From: Paramecium tetraurelia
Lineage: Eukaryota
DNA length: 64,000 nt
Assembly (NCBI GenBank): GCA_000165425.1
Contig: CT867999.1
Location: 62,001 to 126,000 of the forward strand
Reading direction: 5' to 3'
Under the pieces are notes generated by a model. It made no database searches. It was not told the origin of the DNA and worked only from the letters and a program-made list of their open reading frames with translations. This document shows positions 14,353-28,000 of this stretch, one piece after another. Position 1 is the first letter of the stretch. The number at the start of each line of letters is the position of its first letter. Position numbers and translations under genes: made by a program.

Positions 14353-15803
14353 TCAGATTCTACATACATAGGAACTACTCTATGTAATATACCTCACCCA
14401 TCTATGAGGATTGGTAGTATTGCCTCTCTCCTCAATTCTCAAGTATTTGATTTGCAATCTGCTTACATTAAACATAGGTATTTCAAAGTTCATTGCAATA
14501 GGACCAATCTCTTTTCTTGCAGTGTGAGCAGTCTAAGTCGCCTATAGAGTCAATTTAATCTTAAAATATGTAAATATTTATTAATACTTTTAATGATCTT
14601 TCCTAACCACCACAAAGTTTCTTGATCTACCATTCGACCATCTTTTTATTTGAATCATATTCAGCAGTCTCCAATTAAGCATTCTTAACTAATTCAGGAT
14701 AGGCATTTGCAGTTTGTTTTGGAATGGGAATTCGAACATTTGCATAAGATGCAATTATTTTGGCATCAAAGCAGGCTTTCAATTTTATAGTAACTTCGAT
14801 TTTAGATGAGGAAACCTCTTCAATGATGGGAAACAGTCTAAAAGGAGCAGCATAATCTCCACTTATACGATAATTCATAACAACGAATTAACCATCAGGA
14901 GGTTGTATACGCAAGGTTTTATTCATATCCAATTCATTTGCATTAACACACTCATGGAAATTGCAATCATCCTTTATATTGTTATTAATTAATATATACC
15001 AAGGTGACTCCAGCTGAATATTACCCTTGTTATCTTCCAATTTGAAGATCTTCATTCAATGCCAATTTTAGAGGTGGATTTCCTTATAAAAATGATGTCA
15101 TTTGTATCTATTATATTGATAAGATAGATTACACATCCTTCAATACTCTAATTGATAACATATGCACTAGAATTAAAGAGAACATTGAGTTTTTCATAAA
15201 TATCAACAAAAATTTCATTTGCTTAATTTTTGTTTAATACCGATCGCTAGACTGCTTGACTTCCAATGGTGTTTGGAACAAAAATGTTGAACGTTTGAAT
15301 CTTTGGTCTCAGGGAATTCATGACTGAATCAGGTTAAGGCTGAATTGGGTCATTCACAATGAGTGGTTTGATTTATTCTGTAGCCATGAGTTGAGGGTAG
15401 CCAAAATCAAATGATTCATCTAGAATCTATGAAAAATAGGATATTGTTGACCTCGTAGATCAGGATGAAATTCTTTCTAAGGACTTCTTCATTGATGACT
15501 CCACAAAAATCTTTGATCTCTTTTGCTAATCGATCCAATAATTCTAATGACATAGCTGGTTGTAAGTTGAATCTGGATGTGCCAACAATGTACAATCCTA
15601 AATTAAAGTATGAGAAGAGAACCTCCTCTTTTGATATGAGCAAATTGGATGCAATCTACAGTAAATAAAGGATTGGCATCTCCTGAGTAGGTTTTAGCTT
15701 ATCTGAAGAAGGTTTCAGGTGTGGATTTAGGTAAATCCGATCTGAAATCCCGATTGATAATGGTGTCACCTCTGGGAGAGAGAATGAATATTTATGAAAA
15801 CAT
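14353..15803 (-). CDS. AP4M1: Adaptor complex medium (mu) subunit, AP-4 mu type
   Basis: MFSQIFILSPRGDTIINRDFR, LRKNFILIYE, DFGYPQ, NEIFVDIYEKL, DDCNFHECV, PPDGQFVVMNYR, RWVRYITQSSSYVCRI*. Confidence 0.88.
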
Positions 15804-15830
15804 TATTATATATATTTTATTTATGATGGA

Positions 15831-16701
15831 TCAAGCTCTTGCAAGGAATTCTTGTACATTATGAACTTCATTGATCTTCTTTAAGGCATTTTTAAATGCA
15901 CTTCTGTCAACCAATCTGTCATCAAACACATATTTGATTCTCTTTTCTCTACAAAGAACAGGAAGCCACAAATTTGTGTATCCGAAGAGCACTCCTTCAA
16001 GAACAAAACGTTTCAATTGTGAGTCTTAAGCAGTCAACACAGCCCATGTATTGCTTAATTTGAATGAGTGTTTAACTTGATCCAAATAATCGAATTACAC
16101 AGTTTCCCAACCATGGTAATCAATTGGCTGTAATTCCCAAAGAAATTCCTTACTCTTGATGCCAGTGAAAAATTATGACCAAAATCCAGCATCTTTATGG
16201 TCTTACAAACTAACGACTACATCCACGATGTTCTAAGTGGATAAATACTTAGCATTTCGTGATAAGTTTGACAATAAGATGTCTTTGTTCACATCTTTTA
16301 ATAAGGCATTATTTTAAATCACATACAATAATTGAGCGCTTGTCTCCACTTCCTATCCCCAGTTGTTATTTTGAATGAAGCCAATTGCCTCTTTAGCACA
16401 TTGAGCTGAAAATTGATAATTCAATTATGCTTCATCCTTCAAAGCATCTACTGTATTAAATTATTAAGCTTCATAGGTTAATGCACTTGCTATTTGAGCT
16501 AATGAGAATGCTGTTAATTCATGTCCTAATATCAAAATTATTTCTAATACCCTATGGTAATCCAGTATATCTATAAGAAGGATTGTAAAAGAGGTTTGCA
16601 GAATTAAAAGTCCATCTTGCTGGATTAATTATTAGTTTGTTAGCACTTGCAAATACTGAGGCACTCACAAACTTCGAATAATTTTTAAATAATCCTGACA
16701 T
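15831..16701 (-). CDS. Hypothetical protein, possibly mitochondrial
   Basis: ATG 16701 (MSGLFKNYSKFVSASVFASANK, presequence-like), short introns, ends VQEFLARA* at 15831. Confidence 0.65.
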
Positions 16702-17218
16702 TTATATTTATTTATTAAATTTTATATCATACATCCTTAATCAAATTCACAATCTCACCTATTATCTTATGTTAATCTTCCTTATTGTTCCAAGTCAGTA
16801 TCAATATGTACGCACTCATGCTCATAGATGTATTTTATACTAAGAGATTTTGTTAAATTTCCTATTTCTAATCATTTTGACAAGAAAGAGAATCTAATCA
16901 TGTTCATATCATTTTATTGAGATAAAGGCTATACTTTAAATAATGTTAATATCATTACAAAAACTTTTGTGAATTTTTAAACATATTTATAATCTAAATC
17001 TTATAACATTCTAAACATATCAAAATATCTAGTTCCAAATTATCAAATTTAGGATTTGATTAATCATTTAGACAAAATTAGTTATTAAATACTAGAATAT
17101 ATAAAGAGAGAAAAAGAATAGATTTAAATAAGATCTTATGTTGATCCTAGATTTATTTGAATATGTTAAATATTATTTAAATTCTAATTTATAATATACT
17201 ATAATTTATGCATTCTTG

Positions 17219-17718
17219 TCAGATAATTTCAACAAAAGCTTTTGGATGTTGGAATACTGTTGCAGCAGGCTTAACAATTTCTGCTCCTCTTGGTAAAACA
17301 GGTTATCTTTTGGTGGAAATGTGTTATTTCTTTTTATTAGCTTCTGTCTTCTTTTTATCGTTCTCTTAAACTCTTTTGACAAATTCTTCTCTGCATTTTG
17401 ATGGTCTCAAGTGATCAGCTCTCACATGAAATCTCTTCTCTACATATCTGCCTCTGACTCTTCTTTGTAATGAAACACCAATTCCTCTAGGATTCACATT
17501 GAAGACTCTTGCTGTTCTTCCATGATAATACTAGAAGGGTACACCTTTGTGTTATGCACCATCAACTAAGATGTCAACAAAGTCACCTATGATTAAGATT
17601 GATAGCAACCTCTTTTGAATGTTTAGAGTGTTTTACGGATACTGATATTACCATGACCTCTGAATGGCTTTGCAAATTTGCTTCTTGTTCCCTTCTTCAA
17701 TCCGTAACTATGAGTCAT
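17219..17718 (-). CDS. RPL21: 60S ribosomal protein L21 (eL21)
   Basis: MTHSYGLKKGTRSKFAKPFR..GDFVDI..QHKGVPFQYYHGRTARVFNV; 23-nt intron 17587-17609; 158 aa. Confidence 0.97.
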
Positions 17719-17755
17719 TTATTCAAGATTTAAAAACTTTTAAAATTAAAAACTT

Positions 17756-18236
17756 ATGCGTGCAATATTACATAAATTAATGTAATAACCTTTTGCTACC
17801 TTCTCAAAATAAGAACTCAAAAAAAGACTTAGTGACATATAATACAGAGTAACCCAAGAGGCAGGTACAATATCAATTTATTCTCTAGATACCGAACCAC
17901 CTTTCAAGAATGAATATTACAAATCCAAAGATCCTGGAGAATACTTCTGCATTGTTTGTGGAGATAAATTGTTTGGAGCTTAACACAAATACAACTCTGG
18001 ATGTGGATGGCCCGCTTTTTGGGGCTCTTATGACTCAAAAAATATAAAAGAGATTAGGTATATTCTTAAAATTATTTCATAGTGATTTCAGCCATGGAAT
18101 GAATAGAATTGAAGTTAGATGCCAGAAATGCAATGCTCATTTGGGACACAAGTTTGATGATGGCCCAGCAGAACACGGAGGCATCAGATATTGTATTAAC
18201 TCTGCTTCCTTATAATTTAAAAAGGAAAATAAATGA
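17756..18236 (+). CDS. msrB: Methionine-R-sulfoxide reductase (Cys form, Zn-binding)
   Basis: [48 protein letters not shown]; two short introns. Confidence 0.96.
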
Positions 18237-18258
18237 CTTATTATGAATCAATAATCAT

Positions 18259-18988
18259 TCATCCCATCCAATTGGTTTTATTCTTCATCTGAATCCTAAA
18301 CTAATTCCATTCCTAGTTTCTATCATGTTTCTGATCAATTAGTACATTTTTCATTGCAGCTTACACATTTATTGCTGTATCCGAAGTTGTAGGATATTAT
18401 TCTTATCACTAATATCTAATCACATTAGGATAGTCATCAACATATAAGTCCTTCCATTTAAATGATTTGATTCTTTCTTTGACTTAGTATTTTTTATAAT
18501 TCCTTATAAAGAATCTAATTAACAATAAATTAAATTACATACTTGTTGTGAATTTTGCACTTTTGTTACTTTAATAGATTTATATCATTGGTGACACATA
18601 AAATTTTATATTCTTTTGGATATCATAATATTCATGATATTCTTCTAATATAATCACTTTTGTTTATTTGTAAATTACATGAGTCAGTTAATCTCAAATC
18701 TTATAGAATAAGTTGCCATTTTTTATACAGAAGCCAATTGTTCCCATATTAATAAATATTTCTAATTTATTCTTGGTTATCTTCAATACCATTCAATCAT
18801 TATTAAAGCGTACAAATGCAAATATACGAGAATGGATAAATCTCTTTATAATTATTACTAAAAATACCCTTTCTTTGAACTTTAGATTTTATCTGACATT
18901 TAATTATAATTCTTTATCTCTGAAAAACCAAGGACTTTTCTTTTATATTTTAAATTAAATCAATATTCCTCTTTTATTTATCATTCAT
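18259..18988 (-). CDS. Hypothetical protein (multi-exon, boundaries approximate)
   Basis: Code-6 open segments separated by GT..AG 22-28-nt candidates; no recognisable motif. Confidence 0.35.
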
Positions 18989-19055
18989 ATTTTTGCTATT
19001 TTCACTATTGAATCAAAATCTATGGAAGAATTAAATTATTTTGATATATATATTT

Positions 19056-20550
19056 TCATTCTAATAATTAAATTATATGTTCAGCAGAAACTCTTAGCGA
19101 TGTAACTTTATGGAAATAAAATAATTCTTTTATTTAATTTAATTCAGAATTATTTATTAGTTATTTTGGATTCAGTTCTACGATTTCAGTTTTGACCACT
19201 AATTGTAATCAATACTTAATACCTGAAAATATATTTTCCAACCCTTTTAACATTTTTTCAAGTAATTCATTATCTTGCAGTTATTCAAACAAAATAGTGA
19301 AATTCGAAATAATTTGATTGTTAATAAGAACCAAAATAATATCTCTGTCTTTTGACAGTGTTAAATTTACAAAAGACTAGATAAAATTAGTATTTTTCAA
19401 CTACACTTATTTAAAAATTTCTTAAAAGACCATTTAATTTTCTATTAATAACTTTTACTGTTTCTCAGTTCCTTTACAAAGCAAAAGACAGCAAGTTAAA
19501 ACCTAAAATATAGTAAAAAATATTAACATCCATCTTTTTAATTCTAGAATTTTTATCTTTCAATAGTGTTTCAGCCACATCTAAAAATTTTAATGATAAA
19601 ATATGATCACACACTTAACCACCGCTCTCAAAAAGATCATAAAGGAACTCAAAAGATTTAATACTTATTTTTCTTTTTTAATTAACAACTAATCTTAATA
19701 ATTTAGGGACTATGTTGCTTTGTACAATATAAAGGCTTTTTTCATAAGTAGATGGTATTATTTCACACAAAAATACTAAACAAGTTTGAATTATAATTTC
19801 ATCATCATAATTATTTATAAAATTACATAACTACAGAATTATTTCTTTAACAGTCTCTTCTTTTAGATGAGTAATTCCGTCTGAACAGATATTGGTAAGA
19901 CTCCAGATACACTATTCAATAGTTTTAGGATCCTTCAATTTCGATAGTAGTCTAAGTATCGATTCAACCCCACCTTTCTACCTAACCTAATCTCTGCAAA
20001 CTTATTATAATTCTCCTTCAGTTGCTATGTTACCTAATGTCCAATTTGCTTATAATTAAATTTATTGATAAGTTGAATTCAAATATTGTAGAATAATATC
20101 AATACCATCATTTTAAATAATTAATTTATCGAACGCTTAGAATGTAGCTATATTACCAAGAATCCAAAGAACATCATATTAAATTAATGGAATCTCATTA
20201 GTTTTGATTAAATGAATCAATTTTGGAATAAGTATTTATGCGTTTAAAATATTCATATCATGGTCTTCATATTCTTCTAAGTTATACTTTGTTAAATATT
20301 TTTTTAAAATGAATAATTCAACATATAATGATATAATGTCCTCCGATTCCAATTTAATATTAAGTACATCGTTAGCAGAAACCTACATGAATTAGTGTGA
20401 TTCGATAATTTCTAAAAATTAATCAACAACTTATTTTGGGATAGTATTAGGCAACAATAATTTAGATGCTTCAATTTCTTCTGATAAACCTTAGTCCAAT
20501 TCTAAATTGTTTATTGTTTAGAATTAACCTTCTTAATTATGAATAGACAT
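19056..20550 (-). CDS. Divergent importin-alpha-like armadillo-repeat protein
   Basis: LIPKLIHLI..IQYDVLWILGNIA, QANWTLGNIATEG..RDQVRQKGGV, QCIWSLTNIC; ends HIIQLLE*. Confidence 0.78.
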
Positions 20551-20763
20551 TATTCTAAAATAATTATTAGCTCAGAAATGTACCAGATATTGACAAATTA
20601 AAATGAATGAAAAAAAATCAAAAATTTCATTACTACAATTCAATAATTTATTATAATGCTCAATTAATGGCTATAAAAATTCCCAATAGCTACTCTAGAA
20701 TTTCTAGTCATAGCAGATATTATTATATTCCAAATTAAAATAATTATTAATTACATAAATATA

Positions 20764-23700
20764 TCATTCCTTAAATTTTATTACACTAAAAAAAGGATAT
20801 GGATTTGCTTATATTGATTGCTTTTTTTATTTTTTACAAACTTTTTCGCTAATTTTACTTATTAAAGTATGAAAGGTTCCATATATTTGGATCAATAAAT
20901 TCACTAATAAAACTAGAAGTAACAATATAATATGAAACCAGCCTAGATTTATCTAGAAATTACTGCTTATTATTGTTTTAAAAGTGGTCCAATACATAGC
21001 AGATGTTAAGGTAAATATAAAGGCACTTCCTTCCATCATAAGTAAATTACAATAGTCCTATTGACTTATGGCTGGTTTGAATTTGATTGCATAAAAGAGA
21101 TATAAATTACATACAAATGTTAATAAGATTGTTTGAATTTACTCATTTTTTTGGAAGCATACTAAAATAAAAATGAAAATTAATTTTTTTAAAGTGAAAA
21201 ATAAATCCATTTTTGAAATCCAATAACTAAAACAATTTTGTTTGATTAATTCATTCTTATAAATGTATTATCTAAGTATTAACAAGCATCCATAAAATAT
21301 TAGATATGCGAAGAGTTAACAAATTATGGATCTAAATGTCGTATATGATTGTGATGATTTCAATTGTAAAAAGCAAGTAAAAAAAAGATCCCAACAATTT
21401 GCTATTAGAAATGCCTTAACCCCATCCTTTCGAAATTCTTTCTAATAGTTATAACACAATCTTCTTACTTAAATCAGTAGTTTATATCCATATTTACCAA
21501 TGAAAAGTAATGATTCTAATTTGATTGCATCTATAATAATTATAAGCAAAGCACAAGAATAATAAATGATAATTAAGATTATAATGAGAAATACTTAGGT
21601 TTAAATGTTAGTTAATAGATCAGCATTAATTTCATAAAATTTCAGTTTTTCATAAGATTCTATATATATTGAATCAAATGTTGGTGCCATTAAGGAATCA
21701 ATTTTAAAGAATTATAAAATAGGTTTCATAGTTATTATGTTACTTGCTTCAAAATAGATAAATAAATTAAAAGGAAATACAACATTAATAAATCTTAAAT
21801 AAGATTATTATTGTAAAACTTCCAAAATACTTGAAAAAATAAATGAATTTCCGAGGAAAAAAGCAAGTATGCCAATTCCTCCAACAGAATTCATCAAATA
21901 TTTATTTGCTTAATTTAAAGTAGCTGCTGCTTCTTATTTTTAATCATCCATATACCTAGGCTATTTTAATTAAATTTTATCATACTAATTAAAAAGTGTA
22001 TTATCTTCTGAATTATATAATTATTCATCTAAAGTAACTTCTAAGTAAGGACGAATAGATAAAGTTTAATTTATTTAAATTTCTATTATGTACTCAACAT
22101 TTTTTGGATATTCAACTGGTTCTTAAATAACAATCAAATTCAATTAATAGATATCAATGTCTATATCAATAAGATTCATTTATATGTATTTGGAATATAA
22201 ATCTTAATTTAAATACTTAACTTATTAAGTGAATAATAATGAAACATATTATTTTTAATCTCTTTCTTCTTTAAACTAAAGATAGAATCTTGGTTGTTTA
22301 GAATAAGTACATTATGAAAAACTTAATTCCTAATTTCTACATTGATAATCGCTTTCAATCTTACAAAATCTTGAACAACCATCTCCGTCCTCTTTATTCA
22401 TATCATCACATTCTTCTTCCTAGGAAACCATGCCATTACCACAATATGTTGGACATTAATTTAGAATAACATTTAATTCAAAACCTTATTCGCATAATTT
22501 ACATTTTCCTTAATCACATATTTCACAATTATCTGGACAATGAAATTTACATTTATAACATCCATCAGATAAATCATCATTTTAATCATCACAATCCTCT
22601 TCTTCAACTATTATACCATCACCACATCTTGGTAAACATTCATAATCCACTTCATAGTATCCAAACTCACACTTATCCTAACATATCCCTTTAATACATA
22701 ATTTACAATGCTCTCTACATTAGTAATTACAATTATAACAACCATCATAAGGTATTTCATTCATATCATCGCATTATTCATATCCAACAGTAACTAATCC
22801 ATCTCCACAAACTGGAATACAATATTAATCAATTAATGTAAAGGTATATTCACAATTATAACAATATCCATATACACAAAAATCGCAATAATGACAGCAT
22901 TCTATTTTACATTAATAACATCCATCAAATTAATCATAGTTAGAATCTTCGCATTCTTCATATGAAATCAAAGCAATTAGATTATCTCCACATTCAGATT
23001 CACAAATGAAATTATCAGTTAAATGCCAACCATATATACAATCTAAACAGATTCCTTTTTAACAATATGAACATTCTCTTTAACAATCATTTCTACAATT
23101 ATTACATCCATCAAATCTAATAGAATTCATATCATCACATTCTTCTTAACCTTAGATTGAATTATTTCCACAATCAGATTCACATTAGTAATTCTTTAAT
23201 TTCCATCCTGGAATACAATCATAACATTTTCCAAAATAACAATCAATACATTCATCTTAACAATCATATTCACATTAATTACAACCAAATGATGATTTAG
23301 TATATTTATTAATATCGCATTATTCATCACCTAATATAACAAGGTCTCCACAAATTGGAATACAAATATTTTAATTTATATCTAATATCCATCCATTTAA
23401 ACATTGGATACAAAATCCATTTGATTATAATTAACAACCTTGTTGTAGATCATAATAACATTAATGACATTTATCAAATGGTTGAAGATTGTAATCAGTA
23501 CATTATATATCATTAAGTATTAATTAATTTTAACATATAGATTCACATCTATTATTAATTAATTCATAATTTAATTTACATTATAAACAAATACCAAATT
23601 AACAAGATTTACAATTTGATGGACAAAAGAATTTTCCATTTAAACAAATCTCATATTATAATGTATCATCACATTCTTCCCAAATTTAATATTAAGTATC

Positions 23701-25025
23701 ATCTACAATTGGAATACATCTATTAAAATCTGAATAGAATATCCATCCAATATCACATTCAAAACAAATACCATCAATACAATTTGAACATCCTTCTACA
23801 CATGAATATTCACAATTAAAACATCCATCAAATGCATAAATATTACCGTCATCACATTATTCATCCGTTTCTTTCATTCCATTACCGCAATATTTTACAA
23901 CTCTTGAGAATATTTTAAAATCTCTTAAACCAAAGGATTCAGTAGTTGGGGACTCATCCAAGTTAGTTGTAAAATCGAATCTTATTATTGGGTTTGAGTG
24001 ATTTATTATTACTTCAAAATTTGGAAAAGTAATCATCATTTGGCAATCCACAAATATTTGTCATATCCGCTTAGTAAAAAAAATGTTGATGAGAGAAAAC
24101 TAAATTTCCATCTATATAAAGATAAAAGTATTCATTATCCCAAGTGTCCATAAAAGCAAAACGAAATCTAATGATAAGTTTTTAATGAGTCGGTAAATTT
24201 AATTACTTTGTTATTATACTATTAACACCGCATTTTTAATAACCACCAATTAATGGTATACCTATTTATAAAGCTATTTTTACTGCCACAATCGCTAATA
24301 CCTTAAATCCCGTTTACTATTTACCAACCTTCTTCAGAAAAAACTGAAGAGTTAATTTCTAAAAATGCCGAATCAAGTAGGCTCCATGAAATGCAATCTT
24401 TTTTGATATCATCATACGTACAGGTTACGCAATTAGAAGGACAGAGACTGAGAAACAGTTAAAAATCTCGAAACCCCCAAGATTCCTATATTTTTTAAAT
24501 CTTTTACGTTTGATGTAGGTTCATCAAGTGAAGAGGTCATGAGAATCAAAATTGATTAATATACGTGAGGAATTGACATTGTTATTGATAGTATTTCTTC
24601 TCCCCAAATATTTCCACATAATGAAGTACTTAGAATAGATGTATACTATTATGAGAAGGCTTATATCCCATCAATAAATATATAAAAATATTCATTGTCC
24701 CATGTGTCAATTCTAGGAAATAAATGAAATTTATGACTTCCAGAATCTCATTTTTATTTAAACTTCATAATGAGGAGGTAATTGAAGGAATTTCATAACT
24801 TTAGTTTGTTTACCAAATGTGTCGAAACCACCAAAGAGCTATGTTCCACCACAATCTGAGAAGCTTCCATAAGCATTAGTAGTTATCCAACCTATTTTTA
24901 AATATTTTATGTGATGTACCTTCCATTTGACCTAATGCTATTGATGAAAATGCCTCATAGAACAGAGTTTAGCATGATACATATGTAAGAATTAAAATAA
25001 GGAATATCAAAGGAAGGAATCTCAT
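20764..25025 (-). CDS. Cys-rich multi-TM surface protein, paralog A (apparent +1 frameshift at about 24025-24028)
   Basis: Signal peptide; two LPxH..(I/M)DTWDNE..CG..ES(W/F)GxR domains; about 7 CG(N/D)G..E(E/Q)CDD repeats (Myxococcus-type Cys-rich repeat); QQQSYLRFINV multi-TM tail ending NPYPFFSVIKFKE*. Confidence 0.85.
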
Positions 25026-28000
25026 ATCGCAATCTAATAAAATAAATACACTTTTTATAAGTTATTTGTCACTAATATTCTTAATTTTTTAATCCATATA
25101 CATTTATATAATTCAACATTTATCAATACATTAATTGAATTATTAAGAAAACTATTTCGAAAAGATTATTAAATTCCAAAAATATTAAATTAACATTAAG
25201 ACTTGTATATTGTTATAATATAAAGTAATTGATTATTTATATAATAATTATTTAAATTTTATAATGGTCTTTGATGAATTACAACAATTTGAATTTAATA
25301 AGAATTCTCTGGGAGATTTTAATTCTTTATGGCAAATTACACCATCAAATATAAATTATTATTACACAAAGATATTCTAATTAATTTTAATTCTCTTAAA
25401 ATTTATTATAAAGTTTGAAAATTAATATAAAGTTAATAGTTTGAAAATATCTTCTGTAGAAATAATTAATTCTCCATGCATTTAAATTAAAATTAGCCAT
25501 ATATTTTTATATTTTTTTAATTGAAAGCTATTTTGTTTTTATGTATTAAAATTTAGTGCTCCTTATTATGTTAATAAAATTATGAGTTTTCAAGGTTTAT
25601 GGTTAGAAAATATTAATAGATTAAACTTTTTGAAATCAGCCAAGCCCACAGAACATTATATATAAAGATATATAAGAAAGTAGATCAAAAAGAAATTGGT
25701 GGAAAAAGTTTTTCTAATATATTTTGCCATATAATTGAATTTTCTTAAGTAAATAATATTCTTGGTGCAGTAATTGTAGGAATACCTGAATCATCTTTTG
25801 AGTTAAGCATACCCAATAAGAAATAAATTGAAATTAATAAAATGAAAACCTGTTCTTTAGACGATATTCTCATTAAAGGAAAAATTGACATTTATGATCA
25901 TTTTAATATTAATAAATAAAATTTATCAAAATTTTTTATGATATTACTGAATTTCCTATCATTTTAATTATACATATTGCAATCATTGTTTACTTTTTAA
26001 TTTAATTAACAATTTTAATTGTAATTGAAAATATGATTAATAAACTCAATTCATATTGAATATAAACAGATACTTTTTTAATATTGATTGATTTGATTAT
26101 GGAGTTTATCAATAATGCTTAATTTAAATAAATTTAATAATGAAGCTAAATTCCGCCCATTAATAAGACTAATTTAAAAATTTTTAATTAGATTACATCA
26201 TCATGCACTTTTCCTTTATTTTTTTTCCCATATTTTCATTCCAAATGACTCTATACTATGAGGCCTTTACAGATCCTTCATTTATCACAAGTGAAGGTAT
26301 TTAGAAGTATTTTAATCTTAGACTGGGTTTTATAAAATGCTTTAAGTACTTATTCTGATTGCTCTGGAACAAGAATTTTAGGAGGATACAATGCCTTCGG
26401 ATATTAAGCTAAGGCTATGAAATTACTATTACTGCCTCCTCATTATATGATTTACATAACAATGTAATTCTGGAAGTATAATACTTTTTGTATATAGAAT
26501 TGATTCTTGGGATGGCGAAATATTATATATATACTTGGATGGAACTTTAAGTTATACAGCCTAATATAGTATAAGTGGCGTACAATAATGTGGTGCTACT
26601 TGGGGTGATGAAATGTATAGTCTAACAATTACACAGCCTCACGTGTTTTAGTCAGTAGTTATACTAATAACAACAAATCTTAGCTCTCTTCCAAATGATG
26701 TAATTTTATAGAAATATAAGAGGAATCTTGGGGTTTTAGAGAATTTAAACTCTATCTTGATTTATGCCCTCCTGGATGTAAATCTTGTTAGGCTAAGGAT
26801 TCAATTCTGGAATGCAGATCATGGACTCTCGCCAGTTCAGCATTTCTATCAGACCAGTTGCCTACCTTTAAAACAGAAGGATGGTCAATAACAAATGGAA
26901 TACAAGATACTACAGTTTGCTCTAGTAATATTATTAAGTTCTAAATAGGTATTCCTATTTTTGGCGGATATGGTAAATGCGGCGCTTCATCTGTAATCAC
27001 TGGAACTATTAGTATGCCTTAGCATTATTTGATTAAAATTAGATTTAGGATTGCATATATGGATTCCTGGGATACTGAAAAACTTTACTTTTACGCTGAC
27101 GGCAATTTAATATTTCAAAAATCTCATAATTATAACGCAGGTGGATTTAGAAGTTATTGTGGTTCTAATACTTATGATGATTACCTTCCAAATTATGAGA
27201 TAATAATGTTTCACACAAAAGAAAGTTTGGTTATAACATTTACTTCAACACTAAACGAAGGGTTTACAAATGAATCGCTTGGAATTAGAGACTTTGAAAT
27301 TTTTACATGTATTACATTGTATTATATTATAAAGATGATTGGGAGGATTGCGGTAATGGAATGAAAGAATCACAAGAATAATGTGATGACGGTAATATTT
27401 ATGCATTTGATGGTTGTTTTAATTGTGAATATTCATGTGTAGAAGGGTGTTCAAATTGTATTGATGGTATTTGTTTTGAATGTGATATTGGATGGATATT
27501 CTATTCAGATTTTAATACGTGTATTCCAATTGTAGATGATACTTAATATTAAATTTGGGAAGAATGTGATGATACATTATAATATGAGATTTGTTTAAAT
27601 GGAAAATTCTTTTGTCCATCAAATTGTAAATCTTGTTAATTTGGTATTTGTTTATAATGTAAATTAAATTATGAATTAATTAATAATAGATGTGAATCTA
27701 TATGTTAAAATTAATTAATACTTAATGATATATAATGTACTGATTATAATCTTCAACCATTTGATAAATGTCATTAATGTTATTATGATCTACAACAAGG
27801 TTGTTAATTATAATCAAATGGATTTTGTATCCAATGTTTAAATGGATGGATATTAGATATAAATTAAAATATTTGTATTCCAATTTGTGGAGACCTTATT
27901 ATATTAGGTGATGAATAATGTGATATTAATAAATATACTAAATCATCATTTGGTTGTAATTAATGTGAATTTGATTGTTAATATGAATGTACTGATTGTT

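Noticed and set aside
17754..17765. ATGCGTGCA as another copy of the INO1 upstream motif
   Set aside because: It is the start codon and first codons of msrB
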